A DNA stretch of 64,000 nucleotides, from the NCBI RefSeq assembly GCF_018977255.1, contig NW_024704742.1, positions 113,400,001 to 113,464,000 of the forward strand, in the 5' to 3' direction. The stretch is from Callorhinchus milii. Lineage: Eukaryota. Below, in pieces: positions 59,458-64,000 of the stretch; position 1 is the first letter of the stretch; each line of letters starts with the position of its first letter. Position numbers and translations under genes: made by a program. The notes under the pieces are model-generated. The model was not told the DNA's origin, made no database searches, and saw nothing but the letters and a program-made list of their open reading frames with translations.

Positions 59458-61244
59458 TTAATCTAGGAAAACCAGGTTTAGATTATATGAATCATATTTC
59501 CTGTTCTGCAAATCTCAAATAAAAATCTAAACTATTGGTCTCTTTCATCTAAACTTTGTGGCAATTTAACTTGCTCTTACAGCACCAGGTTTAACAGTCA
59601 GTAACTTTTTGACCTCAGCAAGCTATAGTTACATTTCTGCAATATGGTCAGGACTTTGAGATGTGAAAGGGCGCCACATAAATGTAAATTGTATTGTATT
59701 CAGAAAGACAAATATGCCAATTTGAGCTATTCTCTTAAAACTACTTCTAAATACTGTATACTTAAAACTAAGTATAAATCCTGGATCATTGCTAGAGCTC
59801 GAGTCTAACACACTGGATACTGAGGCTGGTATTCCAGGCTGCCTTATAAAATCTTGGGTCAGCCAAACTTAGTCAGCCGAGCACAGGATTTGACACCAGA
59901 CATTCTGTATTAAGAATTCCCGAGTGTCCACTCAACCCTTCAACCATCCAAGTCTGATAAAATGAGCACCATGAGCCAAAAATATATTTCCCTTAGGGGA
60001 AATAAGTGGGATCCCATTGAAGGTTAAACAGCTCTGAGGAGACCACGGCTGACCAAATATAGGGAGGCTCACAGGAACCCAACAAACTGTTGAAGGTTGT
60101 TTCGCCCACAAAATACAGTCAATTCACTTTACAGTATATTCTGTGAAGCTCTTTGAGACGCCTTGAAGACATGATAAGGCACTATATCAAATGCAAGGAT
60201 CATTTCGGGTACACCCTTAGCCGCGTGACCAAAGTCACAAACAGACCGAGCTGAACAAATCTTGGGAAGTCTACTAGTACTTTGTAATGGTAAATTGTGG
60301 GGTTATTTGTCAGTGCTAGTATTGATACACAGATCACTTGGATGGTGGGAGGCGCAGGGCTTCACGTAATGGTTGTTAAGAGTCTGCAAACTGTTGGGTC
60401 CCCACCTATAAAGCTTACTAAGCTGAGCTAAGCAATCTATTCTCAGTCATTCTGAAGACAAAACACTATTTGTTTCCTAGAGACACTAAAGGGCAATTGA
60501 GAAAGAAATACCCCAGTTACTGACTGGAAAAAACATGTGTACCTTTATTTCACTGGTATCTGGCACCCATCATCCCTGGTCACGTACTACACACATGCAC
60601 AATGTACATAATTTGCTGACTAGGGCTGTTAGGATTGCTGAGAATCAATTATCTTTGATCTTTTCAAACAAATAGTAGGACTGATAAATATTGGGACTGA
60701 TTGATCCCTACAAATAAATCAATCTTACAAGTGTTCCTTTGCACTAATCGATGGTGGCCTGGTAAACACAAGTGGGGGAGAACTTGATCTGAAGCCAACA
60801 GGGACAGGTCAAAGGCTAGAAGTTTTGACCATTCTGGTCTGGTCATTGCTATGATCTCTACCAGGCCACCAGATGGAAAACATGAGGAAGTGTGGTCGCC
60901 GGACGCTCCCACATATACCGTGTTTTTCCTCTTGAGGGGAATAAGTCACCGACACAGAAAAGATGACCGAGTGAGTCACAACACCTGCTGGTTGATAGGA
61001 ACAACAACAACAAAAAAAACAACTTGGATTTATATAGCACCCTCCACGCTGGACGGCGTCTCAGAGAGCTTTACAGTAACGGAATCTAATATAATGTAGC
61101 AGAACTACACCGACAGCAATCTTGAAGAAAACCAGTGACCCAGCCCTAGAGCCTATCTCCCTTCCTCTCTCTGCCGCCCCCGCCCCCCCCCCCCACCCCC
61201 AGCTAATGAGGTCTTGATTTGAGAGTCATTCTTATTTTAAGGTT

Positions 61245-62865
61245 GTTTTAGTTTCTCCAACCAGGGGAAACAATCTCCCACTATCTACTCTATCACACCC
61301 TTTGATGATCTTATAGGTTTCTATAAGATCCCCTCTAATTCTTCTATATTCTAGAGAATATAGGCCCAAATTGGTCAGCCTATCCTCGTAACTCAACCCC
61401 TTCATCCCTGGTACTAACCTAGTAAATCTATGCTGCACCCCCTCCAAGGCAAGTACATCCTTCCTTAAATGCGGAGACCAAAACTGGACACAGAATTCCA
61501 GGTGTGGTCTCATCAGGGCCCTATACAGTTGCAGCAAGACTTCCCTACTCTTATACTCTAATCCTTTCATAATGAATGCTAACATACCGTTCGCCTTCTT
61601 AATTGCTGCTGCACCTGCAGACTAACTTTCTGTGATTAGTGTACAAGGACACCCAAGTCCCTCTGGACGCTAACACATTCCAATCTCTCCCCTTCTAAAA
61701 AATAACACGCTCTGTTTTTGCTACCGAAGTGGATGACTTCGCACTTCCCTACATTATACTTCATCTGCCACCTACCTGCCCAATCACCTAACCTAGCTAT
61801 GTCTCGCTGCATTTTTTTAATGTCGGCTTTGTGTTGACACTTCCTCCTAGTTTTGTGTCATCCGCGAATTTAGATATATTAACTTTGATGTCCTTGTTTA
61901 AATCGTTGATGTAGATGGTAAATAGCTGAGGCCAAGTGGCACTCCACTAGTCACATCCCGCCAATCTGAAAAGGACCCGTTTATCCCTACTCTTTGCTTC
62001 CTACCCGTTAACCATTCCCCAATCCACATTAATATGCTCCCCCCAATTCCATGGGTCCCTATCTTTTGGACTAACCTCTTATGCGGAACCTGATCGAATG
62101 CCTTGTGTAAGTCCAAATAGACCACATCCACTGATTCACCCTTATCTAGTTTACTGGAAATATCCTCAAAAACCTCTATGAGATTTCTCAAACATGACTT
62201 CCCTTTTGTAAAGTCACGTTGACTTGGCCTAATTATAATGTGCTCCCCTAAATACCGCACGACCACATCCTTAATCAACAATTCTAAAATTTTTCCTATC
62301 ACCGATGTGAGACTAACTGGCCTATAGTTCCCCATCTTTTCCTTTCCACCTTTTTTAAATAGTGGTGTGACATTTGCGATCTTCCAATCCATGGGGACTG
62401 TTCCAGAATCCAAGGAATTTTGGAAGATCAGACATAAGGCCTTCATTATCTCATAAGCTACCTCTTTTAAAATTCTGGGATGCAAGCCATCCGAACCAGG
62501 CATTTGTCACTTTTTAGTGCTAATAGTTTCCCTAGCACCAATTCTCTACTAATGAAAATTTCCCTAAGTTGCTCCCTGTCCTTATCCCCTTGGTGCATCT
62601 CTATTGTTGGCAGACTTGTTAGGTCTTCTAGGGTGAAGACAGATGCAAAGTACCCATTTAGGGGCTCTGCTATGTCCTTGTCCCCCATTACAACTTCTCC
62701 CGTCTCTGACTGAAGTGGACCTACATTTACCCTCACTAGCCTATTCCTCTTAAAATATTTGTAAAAACTCTTACAATCAGACTTAATGTTCCTAGCCAGC
62801 TTACCTTCATACTCCTTTTTCTCGCTCTTAATGAGTTTTTTAATTTTATTTTGCTGGATTCTAAA
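61245..62865 (-). mobile_element. CR1 LINE ORF2 (reverse transcriptase) fragment, frameshifted
   Basis: PGSDGLHPRILKE, WKIANVTPLFKKG, NYRPVSLTSV, VDVVYLD..KAFD, SKFADDTKLG and LYRALMRPHLEFCVQFWSP spread over several broken ORFs. Confidence 0.93.
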
Positions 62866-63581
62866 ACTAGTTTTATTTTGCTGGTTTCTAAAAGTTACAC
62901 AAGTGAGATTATTTACACAGGTGTGCATCATATGCCGATCACCAAAGATGGTGATCTTTCTGCTCCTTGTTTAGAATGGGATATGATGTCGTTATAAATT
63001 AGTAATGAAAAGATCAGTGACTTTAGTGATCAGTGATAGATCCCAGTGTCTCACTTCTCAACTCTACCTAAATCTATATACAGAGCAACCCTGGCATAGG
63101 TTTCAACTCGTTTTTATTTCTACAGTGTTATTTTGCTTGGTAAAAAGACTTTGTTCGTGCCTTCATTAGAAACAACTCAGTTAACTTATCTCTCAAATGT
63201 AATGCTTCTGTGCCCAACACTTAAAACCAATTCTTTATACAGTGTACAATTTATTGCACTTTGTGACTTAAATTGCATAAATAGACTAGGGCAGAAGGAG
63301 CTTTGCAAAAGTTCCAAATCCAATTCCCCCTCTTGAATATTTACGTTGACTTTTTGAGGATTTATTCTGTAGTGTGCAAATTTTGCTTGACACTTTTGCT
63401 TGATGCAACCACTCTTCTGAAGGATAAAACTATATAGGTCAGCTTTATATCTGTGAGATGAAGGAAAGTTTATTTGTATAATGTCCCAAACTATAAATTA
63501 ATTCAGTTCCCCAAAGGTGTTCCTTTGGTTAAAGCTGGATGTGGTTGTCTTTGTTGAAAGCATTGTTATTGCAGTACTTAC

Positions 63582-63740
63582 GGTTCACAAAGAGCTGTTC
63601 CTCATAGGAGAGGATGCTGGTCAAGTGAGCACCCTGCAGGCGACATTCCTTTTCCGCATCTTCCCAGGCCCGGCGGTGGCCAAAGTACTTGTAGCAGTGT
63701 CCTTGGAATTTGTGCCACCCAAAATCACAGATCTCCGTAT
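63582..63740 (-). CDS. VCAN: Versican G3 C-type lectin exon 1 (159 nt, phase 1-1)
   Basis: Acceptor tttggcag|AT and donor AACC|gtaagt. Encodes [53 protein letters not shown]. Confidence 0.96.
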
Positions 63741-63789
63741 CTGCCAAACAAATCAATAGACCATCAATCACATTTGCTGATTTTTCCTA

Positions 63790-63965
63790 CAATAATAATC
63801 CTTGCATTTGGCCTAGCGCCTTTCATATCACTACAGGACTGTGTATTTTGTGGGTGAATGCGACCGCTCATTGCAGACATCAATGTCTCACAAAAACAAC
63901 CATGATCCGAATGACCGATTTTATTTAGGGCCATTATTTTATTGTTGTCCAGGACACCGGGAGAA
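63790..63965 (-). mobile_element. Deu-type SINE 3' fragment
   Basis: AATAATAATCCTTGCATTTG..AGCGCCTTT..CCAGGACACCGGGAGAAA. Confidence 0.72.
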
Positions 63966-64000
63966 ATCCATCAAAAGAACATTAGTGTCATACATAGGAT

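Noticed and set aside
61232..62931. Possible intact or domesticated reverse transcriptase gene
   Set aside because: Split by frameshifts and stops, and truncated at both ends; an ordinary CR1 fossil.

Overview
Vertebrate genomic DNA, most likely from a cartilaginous fish (shark or chimaera), judged from the repeat landscape of CR1 and L2 LINE fragments, tRNA-derived and Deu-domain SINEs and Penelope-like palindromes. It holds the 3' halves of two convergent genes. HAPLN1 (+) has Ig-V, Link1 and Link2 exons at 4266-4634, 11457-11759 and 21074-21360; its signal-peptide exon was not found and probably lies upstream of the window. VCAN/versican (-) has three C-type-lectin exons, a CCP/Sushi exon and a terminal exon at 63740-63582, 59399-59317, 47456-47312, 47018-46836 and 44860-44730. 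All eight exons have canonical AG acceptors, the six internal ones have GT donors, and the phases are consistent; three of the VCAN exons are missing from the ORF track. Most other listed ORFs are repeat-derived or spurious. Main second-look signals: (1) a perfect 17-bp long-range complementary pair in the VCAN 3' UTR that appears to covary with the mammalian UTR as I recall it; (2) minimal hammerhead-ribozyme cores in a Penelope-like fold-back; (3) a young tRNA-Ala SINE with a CORE-like middle and an L2-type 3' stem-loop, nested into older repeats; (4) a permuted inverted-repeat element at 40.5-41.5 kb; (5) a 43-bp SOX-motif minisatellite in a HAPLN1 intron. Repeat boundaries are approximate and were read by eye.
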